Part shown: piece after piece, positions 37,496 to 51,327 of the stretch
Position numbering within the stretch: the first letter of the stretch is position 1
How the letters are laid out: every line of letters begins with the position of its first letter
Source of the DNA: Eledone cirrhosa
Lineage: Eukaryota
DNA: 64,000 nt
Assembly: GCA_964016885.1 (NCBI GenBank)
Contig: OZ024743.1
Span: 148,614,001 to 148,678,000, forward strand
Direction of reading: 5' to 3'
The notes under the pieces: model-generated
The model's database searches: none
Told to the model about the DNA's origin: nothing
What the model saw: only the letters and a program-made list of their open reading frames with translations
Position numbers and translations under genes: made by a program

Positions 37496-38899
37496 GAAAA
37501 TAGCTAAATCTCGATTAGTATGAATAATTAATCCTATAAACCACATATACATTGAATTTGTACTATTCAAATTTATTATAACGCGTAAAATATGGTGATC
37601 AGTTCAACCTGATGAAAATGTGCAATAAAAATGTTACCAAATAGTTTCCTACACTTTTTAATTTAATTAAATACCAAAAGAAAATAAAAAAAACATTTGT
37701 TGTATAATTTATTTTTATTATACTGTATAAACAAGGCTATAAAATTTTATTTTATTTTAGAAAATGAAATTTTAAAATTTCTGAATAATATAATCATTGA
37801 GAGGAATAGGAAAATATAAGCATATTCTATATGTTAAGATACCCCAAAAAATATACAGAATTCATTTAGATTTTGATTTCATAATTTTACAGCATAAATT
37901 GCACCAAACCTTGCTTTGTACATTCATGTCATATTTAGTAATACTTTGTTAAGGTTTCTGCATTAATGATCATTTTGTACAAGGCCCCTACATTTCTAAA
38001 TATGTTTTCATAATCCTTGGTGGATAACTCATTCATCTGCATATTAACATCTCCATTGTTATCTGCTTTTTTAATTGCTTTTCATTCATTTGAAGAAAGA
38101 TGGTCATTATGAAATAATTGTTTCTACTTTTGGCACAAGGCCAGCAATTACCCAGTGCATTACTGGTACTTTATTTTATCGACTTGCTTCCAAGAGTCAA
38201 GTAATTTATAATGACTTGTATAGTCAGCTGCAGCAAAACGAAGGTATTTTTTCAATATGTGTTATTTCTTCAACAAAAGCTTTTTATGAAATCATTCAAA
38301 TTTATTTCTGCATTATAGTAAAATATATTTCCAGGCTGCACACTTGTTACTTCACCTTACTTCCTCCCAAGCATGGAAAATATTGTCAATTGTATTTTTA
38401 ATATATTTATTCCAGAAATCAACTAGAGAAATTAGATTGTCACCTGCTGTTTCTTCAAATAGATATATAAAGTATGTTTTTGAAACAGCGAGTGAGTTTG
38501 AAATTAGAAATAGAAGCTTTTGCTGTATTTTTGACTAAAGAAATTGTAGCATGATATTGAGGTTTCGAACTCTTACTCATCACTTTCCATTTCTTTCAGG
38601 CAAAAATTTCTTTAGTCAAAAAATACTGCAAAAGCTTCTATTTCTAATTCTAGATATGCAAATATTTTTCGCACATAGTAAATGTGTCAACTGTTCCTGG
38701 TTCCATTAGTCCTAATAAAGAGTAAATTTTACATTTTCACACAAGTGATTATCTTTAATTGGATGACGAAGGGTATTATCTAAGGTTCATTCAGACAGTG
38801 AGTCGATCCTGTGCCTATTTGTACATCAGATGGGAGTAACCTTTTTTTTTGTTTTTGTGTTTTTTGGCATCCCTTAAGTCTCCCTGAAAAGATTACTAG

Positions 38900-39360
38900 T
38901 ATGTGGCTCATGGGTTCCATGTCTTCTTCTTCACTCTGTTGCTGTCCATCTCAATGCAGAGTTTGCATACTACTAGTCTGGCTAACAAAGGATGTCACCA
39001 GTCAGTCACATATTTCATTATGTCAAAGCTCTTCATAAGACTTCATCATTTCTGCTATGATCATAGTATGAAACCTCGTAGGTGATAAATATCCAATGCT
39101 TTGGTAATTTCTGCAGTTTTCATTTTATATTTCACTTGCACATTGTGTTCTTGGTGGTGCAATGATATGGTACAGGTTGATTCTTAAGTTGGAGTCTCAT
39201 GTGTTCATGAACTAAGTTTTGTACATTCCCTAACATATTATTGGTGCCTTCCTGAATCTGTATTTGGCATTGGTTTTAGTGTTTTCATCATTATACATAA
39301 TATTGCCAAGGTATGAAATTCCTCACACATTCTTGACAGCCCATTCATCAATCATCAAGG
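38900..39360 (-). mobile_element. Highly decayed RTE-like LINE fragment (different family)
   Basis: Minus-strand remnants 'SYLGNIM', 'RFRKA', 'ALDIYHLR', 'DHSRNDEVL'. Confidence 0.4.
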
Positions 39361-39392
39361 CAGTGTTTGAACTAAAGTATATATATAGAGAG

Positions 39393-39934
39393 AATCAAAT
39401 GCTGTGTGCAGGAGAGGCAGTTATGTTGGTATGGACGTGTGATGCGTATGAAGGATGACAGCTGCATAAAAAGGTGCAGAGCACTAGAAGTCGATGGAAA
39501 CCGCGGAGTGGGGAGACCCAAGAAGACCTGGGATGAGGTGATAAAAGCCGACCTTACCCAATTATGACCGTGACCTATGGCGTCACACAGTAATACAGAA
39601 GACCCGACCCCCCATGGGTACAAACCGAAGCTTAAGCATATAGACAATATGCCTCCACACACTCCCACTGCAAAGTGGCCGTGGAGGTATCATGGCAAAA
39701 AAAAGCACCCACTTCACACTGTAAAGTGGACATGTAGGCGCTACGGAAAAAAGCACCCAGCCTCACTTTAAATGAGGTTGGTGTTAGGAAGGGCATCCAG
39801 CTGTAGAAACCAAGCCAGAATCAGTTCCCATATGAGCAAGGCATGGTCAGCCCACCGGATACTGCCCACAACAGGACAACCTGTCTAACCCATGCTAGCG
39901 TGGAAGAACGGACGTAAAATGGTGATGATGATGA
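39393..39934 (+). mobile_element. RTE LINE 3' fragment with tail
   Basis: 'QERQLCWYGRVMRMKDDSCIKRCRALEVDGNRGVGRPKKTWDEVIKADL', followed by a 3' UTR with tandem 'aaaagcaccca...cac(t/a)...aaa(g/t)' subrepeats and (ATG)n. Confidence 0.85.
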
Positions 39935-40381
39935 TACATGATGGCTGTTTGCTCATATCCAAAAAGTACATCATTAAATAAATGCAGATGTTAGGTCAAA
40001 CAAAGTGTGCACAACATCTTATAGGAAATCTTCACCCCATTGGCATGATTCAGAGATGAAACAAGAGAAGATATCTCATGTAAATAAAGGTTGCAGGTTT
40101 GAATGAGAAAAAAATTTGCATCTTCATCTGGCACTGAATTTCCCCAAATTGGCAGACAGTTTTATATCAGTGTGACCTTCTCCTAGAGACATGATTGGAT
40201 GAAAGGTAAAAGGTGTTATATTCCCAGTGGTCAACGTCCCAGAATATCTAAGTTCTTACACAACTGTTTGATAATAGTGTTAGTTTCAGCAGTCATTTTG
40301 TTAGGTATTGTTTTAACCTGATTGCATTCTAGCAAAACCTATTCACTAGACTGGCTTGATGTAGGTACTGAGCTACAAACA

Positions 40382-40484
<103 letters not shown>

Positions 40485-40485
40485 G

Positions 40486-40720
40486 TAAAAGTAATAACAA
40501 AAATAACAAAACAAACAGCACAGTCATAGACGAAATATATTAGTTTAATGCTTTAAATAACAGGAAGAGAGTCTTAACGTTTTTGATACTAATCATTCAT
40601 CTGAAGATAGAGTTATAGATAGAAGATAAATAGAAAGTGAAGAGTGGTGAGATGATGGAACTGGGAAAATTAGAAAAAACTGGGGAGAAAAAAGTACATG
40701 CGTATTTAGTCGGCCATCTA
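40486..40720 (-). mobile_element. Older copy of the HHR-bearing family at 20272-20690; decayed HHR at 40572-40607
   Basis: Minus strand 'tctt-cagatga-a-tgat(tagt)atca-aaaa-cgtt-aaga-ctctcttcctgttatttaaagcattaaactaatat' aligns gap-free with 20567 onward; adjacent to (TA)n. Confidence 0.7.
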
Positions 40721-41432
40721 AAAATATAAAACTCATCTGATATTTGTTTTTGATTCATGTAAAAAAGATGATGCTTGCAAAACAAAAGAAAAAAAAAAGA
40801 CAAACCCACAGCATTCTGCCTCAGAATCCTGTCTAAATTATGCCACCTTGGAAAATCTGATGAAATACTGATGATGATTGAAAATATATTGGTGAGCTAT
40901 TTTTAGTTTTTCTTTTAACTGGCTATGTTTTGAAGCATAAAACATGTGGTATTTTTTAATACTTGTGCATTTTGGGGGTTGTAGATTTACTCAACTTCCT
41001 GGCGTTGGTACCTACACAACTCAATTTATGTGAATTCTCTTGTAGAGTCTAATATATTTTGTAAGACAAACTCACTGAAGAGGATGATTTGTTTCAATTT
41101 ACTAATTTACTAATTAACTATTTTGATTACCGCAGTTGAAATTTTTTATCATCTGAAACCACAGTCTAAGCAATTATAATTAAATTTACCAATTATAATG
41201 TAAGTAGATTTGTGGTTGCCTTTAAATGTATCATTGCTTACTATACTTTGTTTTACTAGACAATATATATTACTATACCTAAATAATATTTTTTGTAAAT
41301 GAAGCTCTGAAAATTTGATTTTAGCCCTTAATGTTCATGGAGCTGTCTATGGTATAATACGATTGAGATAATTTATTTTGATTTATATTTTTGATATATA
41401 TATATATATACTTATATATATATATATACACG

Positions 41433-41551
41433 GGAAAAAGTTTAACCCCAACGGCAGAGCTCAAGCCGTTTTGACAGCTATTTCTGGACTATTAGTCCAG
41501 AAATAGCCGTCAAAATGGGTTGAGTTCTGACATCGGGGCTAAACTTTTTCC
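41433..41551. repeat. Imperfect 119-bp fold-back (59-bp arms, 8 mismatches) inside a short insert in (TA)n
   Basis: ggaaaaagttt...ctggacta-t-tagtccag...aaactttttcc; each arm reads GAAA-UAGC(U/C)G-UC just after the central hairpin. Confidence 0.85.
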
Positions 41552-41631
41552 TATTACCCACTCTACTACCCTAAGTATTGAGTATGCTGGTGCATTATGG
41601 TCCATCTGGTTCCTTACAACACTTCCTTCAT

Positions 41632-41662
<31 letters not shown>

Positions 41663-41746
41663 ATAATAATAAATTTGAAGACGACTAATCTGTTATTTTA
41701 ATAAATATATATATATATATATATATACATACATATATATATATAC

Positions 41747-41807
<61 letters not shown>

Positions 41808-41869
41808 CATACATATATGTATATATACATCATCATCATTTAACATCCATTTTCTCTGCTAGCAATATA

Positions 41870-41901
<32 letters not shown>

Positions 41902-43519
41902 TTATACTCATATATATAAATATCACTTATATATATACATGCAAACCCGGTGGACTTGATAAGAAGTTCCATGCATACACACATACATATGTATTTATAT
42001 GTAAATTTTCACATATTATTAATTGATTCCATTATAATCTCATACAACCCCTATATGGTTTACCGATCTAATCTGTCAAAGAATATTATTATACCAAACT
42101 CATTATTCCATATTCCATAGGCTTCATTGAATATTAGAAATGTTAGTGAGAAACAGATCCTTAATGAATTAACTTTCTTTAATAGAAAACATATTTGTTC
42201 TTGGAGATATATTTGCCTTGGAATATGAAATCAGAAAATGTCAAGAAAACAAATCCCTTTAACTTTACACCAGCATTTCAATTTCAGCAGATTTTTAAAT
42301 CTTTCCTCAAACAACTACTTCTTCCCTCTGTATGCTCCACCTTCCTATCCACCATCCATCCACTGATTTTTAGAATAAATATATAAATAAATAAATGAAA
42401 GAAGTAATGAATAAGGTATAATATTTTTATTAATACAAAGGGATTTTTAATACCAAACAAAGATCTTTGACAAAATAACAGAGCAAAATTGTATTGGAAA
42501 GCCACTCAAGCATTTCATCCTTTACTTTGGCAATAATATAACAATTCCAATAGCTGGAAATGCATTTGGTTCTCTGATATCAGCAATCACTTCTAATATA
42601 TGTTTGTGTGTATGTATGTGCATGCATAACTATGTATACATTTGTATGTGTGTATGCATGAACTTGTGTATTTATATAATTGTGTGCTCATAAACATATG
42701 TGTGTATATTTGTGTCCATACACATGTGTATGTCTGTATGTATTTATTTATGCATGTTTGTGTTGAAAGTTGGGTTTAAAGTAGCTTTACTAAATTTCAT
42801 TATAGAATTTATATTCACGTTTATTGCTTGAAAACAACTTGTAATTTATATCAGCATGGTAAAAGGCTAGGTCAACTTGTCCTAACACATGCTTATTTCA
42901 ATCTAAATATCATTAATAATTTAATTTATTTGTGAATTATTATTATTATTATTATTTTTATTTTTATTTGGGGCTGGTCATGTTATATATCAAATGGAAC
43001 AAAACCGTCTAACCCATGCTAGCGTGGAAGATGGACATTAACTGATGATGATGATGATGATGATGATACATATATATTCATCATCATTCACATTGTGTTA
43101 GTCTCCACTTTCTTCATGCAGGTTGAATGAGAATTTGTGGCAGTATTCTACAACCAGATGACCTTCCTGAAGCCAACTCTTATTTTAAGTATGGTAATTA
43201 ATGTGGTGATATTTATTCATGAAACTGCTCAGCTATTGAACTTATTGTTTATGTAACAAATAACACTGTCTTTTTTATAAACTGCAAGAACAGGAAGATG
43301 TATGTAAAGCTCCACAGACACAACAGCACTACCATTTTACATAGCTGACTGGATGGATTATATTTTGTCACCAGCACTATCTCTTTACATTGTGAACAAG
43401 TTTTATCATGGTAAAAGCACTAGAGATGTTGTCATATGCTAGAGTTCAGACACATTTGTTTCCAGCAGCACGGCTCATTTTCATACTCTTTCAGTCTCGT
43501 ATTGTTTCTAATTTCTTTA

Positions 43520-43699
43520 CAGTGGTCTGAGTAACCTTGTTTTTATATTAAAGTAGATCCAGCCGGGACTCCAGTTCTCTATTCTCCATGAGGACAGTAC
43601 CCTTAATATTAACAAAAAAACTGAAATGTTATCTCACACTCCCTGGAATACTATCTCGCACCCCTTGGGGTTGCGAGAACCCCTAGTTGGGAAACCCTG
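43520..43699. mobile_element. Possible decayed hAT MITE
   Basis: Ends 'cagtggtc...' and '...gttgggaaaccctg' with a subterminal hairpin 'ctcgcacccc-ttggggttgcgag'; no convincing TSD. Confidence 0.35.
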
Positions 43700-44645
43700 A
43701 TCTAGAATGAAGAATTCTCTTAGACCCTTTAGAGTCTTCATTTAATCAACAAACCCTACCTTTACCCATTGTAAAGTACAGCATTGGCCAGTTATTCATC
43801 ACCTGGACTACTTGTAAATAGAATATCTGGTATAGAACATATGTGAATATATCCTTGTCATTATTTTACATCTGTCTTCCATACTGCCAAGGGTCGAAAG
43901 CATCAGACTAGAGATATTTAAAAAAATGGTGTTTATTATCTTCTATGCACAAGAAAATATCTAAAGATTACTGAAAGATCTAAACTTCATCTTTAAGAAT
44001 TGCAAACCTTCAATTACCATAGAGACTAGCTTTGTACTGTTATAATAATTTTCATAGTTTTACTCTGAACTTAAATAACCATCTGTACAGCCCAAGTCAG
44101 ATATCTAATAAAAACCTTAAATTTTGTCTATAAATAATCGAACCACCTGCAGAATATTATCACTTGTTGAGTTTACACCTTTTATCTCAGTCATTTAAAC
44201 CTCTCTATATTTTACTATGTATTACAATGAAGCTCTTAATACTTTAATGAGAACAAACCAAGGTTACTATTTCTACACACATTGCAAAAACAATTGTTTC
44301 ATGAAGTGAAGATACATTTCACAACTTAGCATAAATGTTACCAAATCTTCAACAGAAATCATTTACAATACTACAGCCAACTCTAGTCAACTACTCATTC
44401 AAAACTAAATCTGTCTAACATATGAAACTAAATTTTGCATTTGTTTTAAATGACAGCATGACTCAAAGTACAACAATACGTGTTTCTACATTATGTGTCT
44501 TGCAAACCAAATACATATATAAAAGACATTTACAAGTATAAACTATGATAGAAAAATAAAAGGACAGATCTTTGATCCAGGAATATATACCTGCTTTACC
44601 ATATGCATGGGTTGAAATAATATGCACTGCTTTCACCTAACCCCC

Positions 44646-44676
<31 letters not shown>

Positions 44677-44794
44677 ACACCTCCACGCCCTAACACTCCC
44701 CCTTCCATACATCTGACATGCCCTAATATAACATCATAACACCCCATTCTTCATCCTGGTGTTTACACACCCCTCCCTGCCCCAGCTCCCAGCC

Positions 44795-45168
44795 TCCAGT
44801 CTGCACTGTAAAGTGGTCATATTGGTGAAAGAACAAAAGGCACCCAGTCCACACAGTAAAGTGGTCATGTAGGCATCATGACAAAAAGCACCCAGCCAAT
44901 ACTGTAAAGTGATCATTTCATTTCCATGATAAAAAGTACCCAGTCAACTCTGTAAATGTAGTTGGCATTCGGAAGGGCATCCGGCCATAAAAACCAAACC
45001 GGAAACAGTTCTGTGTGAGCAAGACACAGTCACATAACCTAACTTGTCTCAAATGAGACAACTCATCTAATGCTTGCTAGCATAGAAAAATGGATGTTAA
45101 ACAGTGATGATGATGATATCATCATCATCATCATCATCATTTAACGTCTATCTTCCACACTAGCATGG
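44795..45168 (+). mobile_element. RTE-tail/SINE 3' segment with tandem subrepeats, joined tail-to-tail to a short inverted tail remnant
   Basis: About four copies of 'ctgtaaagtggtcat...aaaagcacccag', then 'ggaagggcatccggcc', (ATG)n|(ATC)n and 'ttaacgtctatcttccacactagcatgg'. Confidence 0.65.
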
Positions 45169-46019
45169 ATATATATATAAAAGTCATATAAAAATGAAAG
45201 TGTGTGAGTGCACATACATACTTAAATAAACATTACAGAATATTACAGAATATTATATGAATACCTATACACACATACACACACACATATATATATATAT
45301 GCACAGAGAAAAAAGTGTGAGAAAGACATTCATATGCAACATCCCCATAAATATATCCTTACAAACAAATAACCATGTACAGTTACAGATACAGACATCC
45401 AGGTATTTTTGTGTGTGCATATATATATATATAAACACACACACACATACACATATCATAAATACTCATAATCTTATGTGTATTTGCATTCTATTCTTCT
45501 GCTTGTATATCGTATTCTATTTCATGTCTTCCTCCCAATAAGTATATATGTGTGTATATATATATGTATATATATATATATACACACACACACTCACACA
45601 CATATGTGTGTGTGTGTATTTGTATACTAATATATGTATGTATAGATGGATAGATTTATTTAATTGACAAGAAGCAGGTGCTGACCGCTTTGTTACTTAC
45701 TCATCAAGACAGCTTTTGCATTTAAACTAATGATATCTAACAGTATGTCTAGACAATCTAATTAATGATATGTATTTTTGTCATGTATAGTTTGTTTATC
45801 ACACAGATAGATACACTATACTACTGTGATAATTAATTTATACCACAGGGTAGGAACAGCCCAGAGTAAAAATGTTTTGTTTTTTGTTCAATTCATATTT
45901 AGTTAGTGTTTAGGTTCTAGATTCTTGCTTTTTTCTCTTTGAAACACACACACACACATATATATATATCCATATATATGTGTGTGTGTGTGGGTGTGGG
46001 GGTGGGGTGGGGGTGTTAT

Positions 46020-46439
46020 GACATGTGCCAGCATAAAGCCACCTTTATCCATGAAAAGTTTCCTAAAGAGCGTCACACTCCTTGGGACATCAAGCATAAG
46101 TAGCGAAAGACTTAACAACCTCCCATCTGTAACATCAATGGATCTAAAGGTGAGCGAGGCACGGTCCCCTGGACCTGATACAAATTAGGCAGTGTGGAAA
46201 TACCTTAACCGATTAAGATCTGGTGTTGGTCATGCAAAAGCTAATCTGGCAAAATGGGTATATTCAAAGGATGGGGACATTATGTGTAACTGCGGATCGA
46301 ATCACTGACTATGCAGCACCTCCTGATAATACCAGGAGGGCACAGCATTGGACTTGACAACAATGTGTTCAGCTATGACAAACCACATCTAGCCAAGCTT
46401 TGTAGCTAACACTCTTGTGGACATGATAAGAAGAAGAAA
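46020..46439 (+). mobile_element. Ingi/Vingi-clade LINE 3' fragment
   Basis: 'AVWKYLNRLRSGVGHAKANLAKWVY....IMCNCG...TMQHLL' matches the Ingi/Vingi C-terminal pattern; ends 'gacatgataagaagaagaa'. Confidence 0.65.
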
Positions 46440-47559
46440 ATAATGAGTGTTGGCTGATCCAAGCAAATGACTAACAATGGTGTAATCAGGCAGAAATGAT
46501 CAAACATCATGAATGTCACACGGTATTACCTATTTGGTATCAGTCAGCGTATCAATATTAAGAAAAGGAAAAGAAATGGTATCACATATTCAACATCAGT
46601 TTATTCCACTACATCAGTCCATTATGTACATTTCAAAGGAACCAAAAGTTTGTTATTCAATACATTGTTTTTAGGCAGGAAGTCAAAATGTAAATAAAAA
46701 TAAAGTTTGATTTTGTTTTTGATATGCCTGCTATTGAAGACATGTTTACATCTTATGTGTATACACACATATATGTGTGGAGGAGTCTACATTAATTGTA
46801 TTCTCATAATAAAGTTTGGATGACATAGCAGTAATTTCAACAATTTTTGTTTCTCATCTTTCTCTATCAAACTGAATGTTACAAGCCATTTCATGATTAA
46901 GGAAAGTGAAAATTTCTTTTTTTATACTATTGTAGGCAGTGAAGTAACCCTGACACATATCATTATCTTTAGCAAAGTCTGAACAATTTCTAACTTACAA
47001 TCATAATCATACAGAATTTATCTAAAATATATGAGATTTCTTTACATTTAGAAGTCTCAGTGAACTGAGAGTTCAAATTCTGTTTGGAAATTTAGTAACT
47101 TAATATAGACTTAATAATGTGCAAAGACACAGAAGTATGCACCAATATTGAAATATTAATAATATATTTTCAATATAGAATATTCACAATATATGATATT
47201 CATAGTAATGATTTCACACTTTGCTATAACATCAATATCTTCTCACTTACACTTGCCTTGAAGAATCAGACTCTTATTTGCTGTTGCTGTTGTTTAGCAT
47301 TGTATGGGCTGTGACTAAGTAGACAAATGAGCACACTCATGCGAGGTGTAGCCATTCCATCTGTTTTTCTGGTTAGAATTCACTCAGGACTACCCTATGC
47401 AATGTCATTGTTTTCTAAGACTGTAATATGTAATGTGAATGAGATATAATTGTTATTTCTTGAAAGTCAATAAACAAAGTAGAGGCTTCCTTGTTGAGGT
47501 AAATTGGTTTTTCATATGTCTGTTATAGCTGATCTTTTTCTTCTTATCTTTCTTTCAGT

Positions 47560-47740
47560 TTTCATATGATGCATTGCAGTATTTTGTTACAGCCCTCTAC
47601 ATTCTTATTTCAAATCTCACCTAGTTCAACTTTGCCTTTCACCCTTCTGATATCAATAAAATAAAGTATCAGTAATTGGTACAATTGACTTTCCTTCTAC
47701 TCAAAATTTTTGGCCTTGTGTATAAATTTTAAACTATTAT
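47560..47740 (+). mobile_element. Decayed CORE-type SINE
   Basis: 'ttcaaatctcacctagttcaactttgcctttcacccttctgatatcaataaaataaagtatcag...ggccttgtg'. Confidence 0.55.
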
Positions 47741-49934
47741 TCTATCAGTTTTTTTTATTGTGATGGTGTTTTTAATTATTTTTGTTGTTGTGTAGCTCAA
47801 ATCTTCAATCATTCCTGACCAAGCAGATTTATGGAATGTAGGTAATCATTTGAATTACTAGGAGTGACCCACGGGTCTTATGCCTCGAACTAATTGAGAA
47901 TCACAATGCACATTTTAAGATGCAGTGTGGCAGCCTCTGAAATTATATAATAATGCTCTATTTCTCAACAGTCTCTCCTATATGCATATTATTGTTTAGT
48001 CTATATTAACCATAATTGAACAGATCTATGACCCAAAACTTTCAATTTTATGTTTCTTCAAACATAGTGCATCTAGGGCTACATTATATATGCCTATTCT
48101 TTTTTTTTTTATTAAGATATTGGGCTGTCATTTGAGAAATTTGGCAGTTAATACTAACAGGCCCAACAAATACAAGAGGTTCCTTTAATGGCTCATCCTC
48201 CATGGGGGGGAGGGGGGCTACTATGACAAAAGTAAACAAAAGATTCCAGGAGCTACTATGACAAAAGTAAACAAAGTAGACTTAATTGGACCATTATAGT
48301 TGATATTATATATATCATCACAATATTTGAGACAAATGAGATGACTGATGCAATTGTTCTATGCATTTCTCACTATATTTAGTCTCTAATACACTTAATA
48401 AGCAATGTGAACATAAATAGTGTAATGTAACAACAACATAGCACAATTTTAAGAAAATATTTTCAACTCAGAATAGTCTGCATACAGCAATACTTTTGCA
48501 CTATGCTCATTTATGACACTGATTGAAAATCGATCTTTAACAGACATTTATACTAATATTATAGAAAAAAACTGAAGAGAAAATTGTCCCACCCTGATTT
48601 TATCATTTATGCTATATGATGTGTTCAATGATATATTATGAATATTCAGAAATGTTCCTCCGTACTGTAAGACTCAGATACATTTGGTATATCTTTGTAT
48701 CATATTTTCATATTAAAGTTTCATTCATGTTTTTGCTCATAGTCGTTTATCTAAAATACATTTTGAGCAGATATAATTACATATTTAAATAGCCTTGCTG
48801 TGAAAAGGAACAAATGCAAAACATATTTTTTCTCATCATATATAGAAAAGCCTAATAGATTACCTTGGTATGTTTGATCAACTAACAATTATCTTTGTGT
48901 ATTACATTGTCCCTTTTCACAATGGGGCTTATTATTCAAAATTATAGTGTTACCTACATTAAATTTATCTTATATTTTCTAATATATGCTGTGCTGTACA
49001 TAAAATATTTCTTAAAAATTTGTCATAAAAAGTTACTTGACCCTGTGCAGGGGTATCTAAATAATAAAGATCCTAAGCAAACAATTTAATCTTGAATCTT
49101 TATTGACATCTGTTTAGTAATCCCCTATACAATATCTCTACATTACGATATCTTAACCATGTCGTTTTGAATTAGAGCTCTACTCAGAATATATTTAATG
49201 ATTCTTTGTTCAAGTCCACCGAGAGTGCTGTTAGAGACGCCTTTATTTCTGTTAAAACATTAGAACATTTATTATTTTCTCTTTATAGCTTTCGTCTCTA
49301 CTTTTCCTCTCTACATCTAAATATCTATTTCCCCGCCATCCTTCTACATTATAGGATATCACCAATACTTTCCACTAAACCAAAAACATTATGGGACAAG
49401 CTCGCATGCACCCCATCTACATTATATTAAAATGATCCCATTCAAATGTATCTCCTTAAAGAGGACAATTGTAAGAAAGTATGACTATATTACAAAAATA
49501 AATTTGTCACCGAAAATTTCATACACACACACATATATATATGATCATTTAATGCCTGTTTTTCTTGCTAGCAAAAGCTGGAGACACACACACATATATA
49601 TATAAGATTTCAAGTTGATATGGCATATTATTTGTAGCACATAATAGTAATATATCTTATTCATAATCAGTTTTGTACACATCTTAAATGACCTAGAGAT
49701 ATGGTATCACTATCAATTTATGACTATCCGGTTCAATGACTGAAATTATATGACAGTTCATTTGGCATGAGAGAGGTGGGTGGTTCTACTTTGTATTGTT
49801 ATGTAGCTCATTCTATTTTATATTTTATATATCTTATATTTCATTTATATTTACAGCAGGATATATTATTATATTTATTTTATATATTTTTTTAATTTAT
49901 ACTTGTATTTTGTTATATTTGTTTCACTTTATCT

Positions 49935-50017
<83 letters not shown>

Positions 50018-50559
50018 GTAAATAAACATGAAAATGAACCCTATATATATACACAGGATACGTTTTCATATTTATTTTTAAATATTATTGATTTATTTTC
50101 CTATTTTTCCAGACATGCATACTTAATTTCATTGAAATCAAGTAGTATGATACCCATCATGGCAAATTTGTGAAAATGGTACACTATTGTCATTTTAAAG
50201 TGACCTACAATCTCAGCCATAAGCTCATATATATACATACGCATACACGTACACACAAAAACGTATATAATTAAGCATGATCACACATTTATACTCAATC
50301 ATAAACGTAAGTTCATGCATCAATGCATATGCCTATATATGCACATACACTCAGATACATTTCGATATTCCATTGTTGCTATTATTATTTGGCTCTAGAC
50401 TAGACCAGACCATGAAATGATAAAATACTTTTCAATATGATAAACATCTCATTTTATTTTCAGACATAGTATACATATTTCACTTCACCAAAATGTAGAT
50501 AATAATAAAAATAAGGAACTAAAGGAGCTTTACAATTCTCTATGATTTTCCCTAATCTC

Positions 50560-50830
50560 TGTTTTTCATTCTAATGTGAACCTTATACATCACATCTTAG
50601 TCACATGCAAAGCTCACCTTCTGTTCCTCATCAAAACGAATATCTCTCAACTGCTGTCTACAGTCCCTAGTTGCTGTCCAGACAACACGTTTTACTCCAA
50701 CTTCTCTTTCAAAGATGGAGTCAGCACATACATAGATTCTGCACTCCTCATTGCCAATTTATCTCACAGAGACTTCCAGGTATTCTTGTTCAGTCTCCCC
50801 AAAACCTCACTCTTCAAAATACATCTTTTG
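50560..50830 (+). mobile_element. Decayed APE-endonuclease N-terminus of a CR1/Jockey-group LINE
   Basis: 'SNVNLIHHILVTCKAHLLFLIKTNIS...FYSNFSFKDGVSTYI' resembles the 'SN..SVHH.L...P.LLFL.ET...G...Y' APE start. Confidence 0.4.
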
Positions 50831-51327
50831 GGTCATTTTTCTTTTTCGATTCTGCAACTACTGTTTTTGTTGATATTGTTGATATTATTAATAGGGGAGT
50901 GAAATGGGAGAATTAATAGAGTGTCAAGCAAAATTCCTCACAGTAATTGTTCCAGCTCTTTACATTGTGAGTTCAAATCCCTCATAGGTCAACTTTCCTT
51001 CAGAAATTAATACAATAAACTAGTGGTATTGCTGTAATTAACTGTTCACCTAACCACTGGCCTTAAGTCAATATCATAAAATATATTATTACTATGATTT
51101 GAAACTTCCTTTGAGTTCTGCTTCTTTCCAAATCATGTCAAGTGTCAACTTGGCACCTGAGGCAAAATTTGATAATACACACATTTTACAATCAATTGTC
51201 ACACAAATGATGCCACAAGGGCACAAATAAAGGTAAATGTCATTGCAAAGATTTTAAATTGATAATGCCTTTCTTCTTCTTCTTCTTCTTCTTCTTCTTA
51301 TTATTATTATTATTATTATTGTTATTA

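Noticed and set aside
44795-44960. Repeat-spacer-like array resembling CRISPR
   Set aside because: Tandem subrepeats of the RTE/SINE 3' UTR (also at ~39666-39780); no unique spacers or cas genes, and the context is eukaryotic.
49270-49320. HHR 3' half-like 'GAAAGCUA' on the minus strand
   Set aside because: No CUGANGA box or stem II partner.
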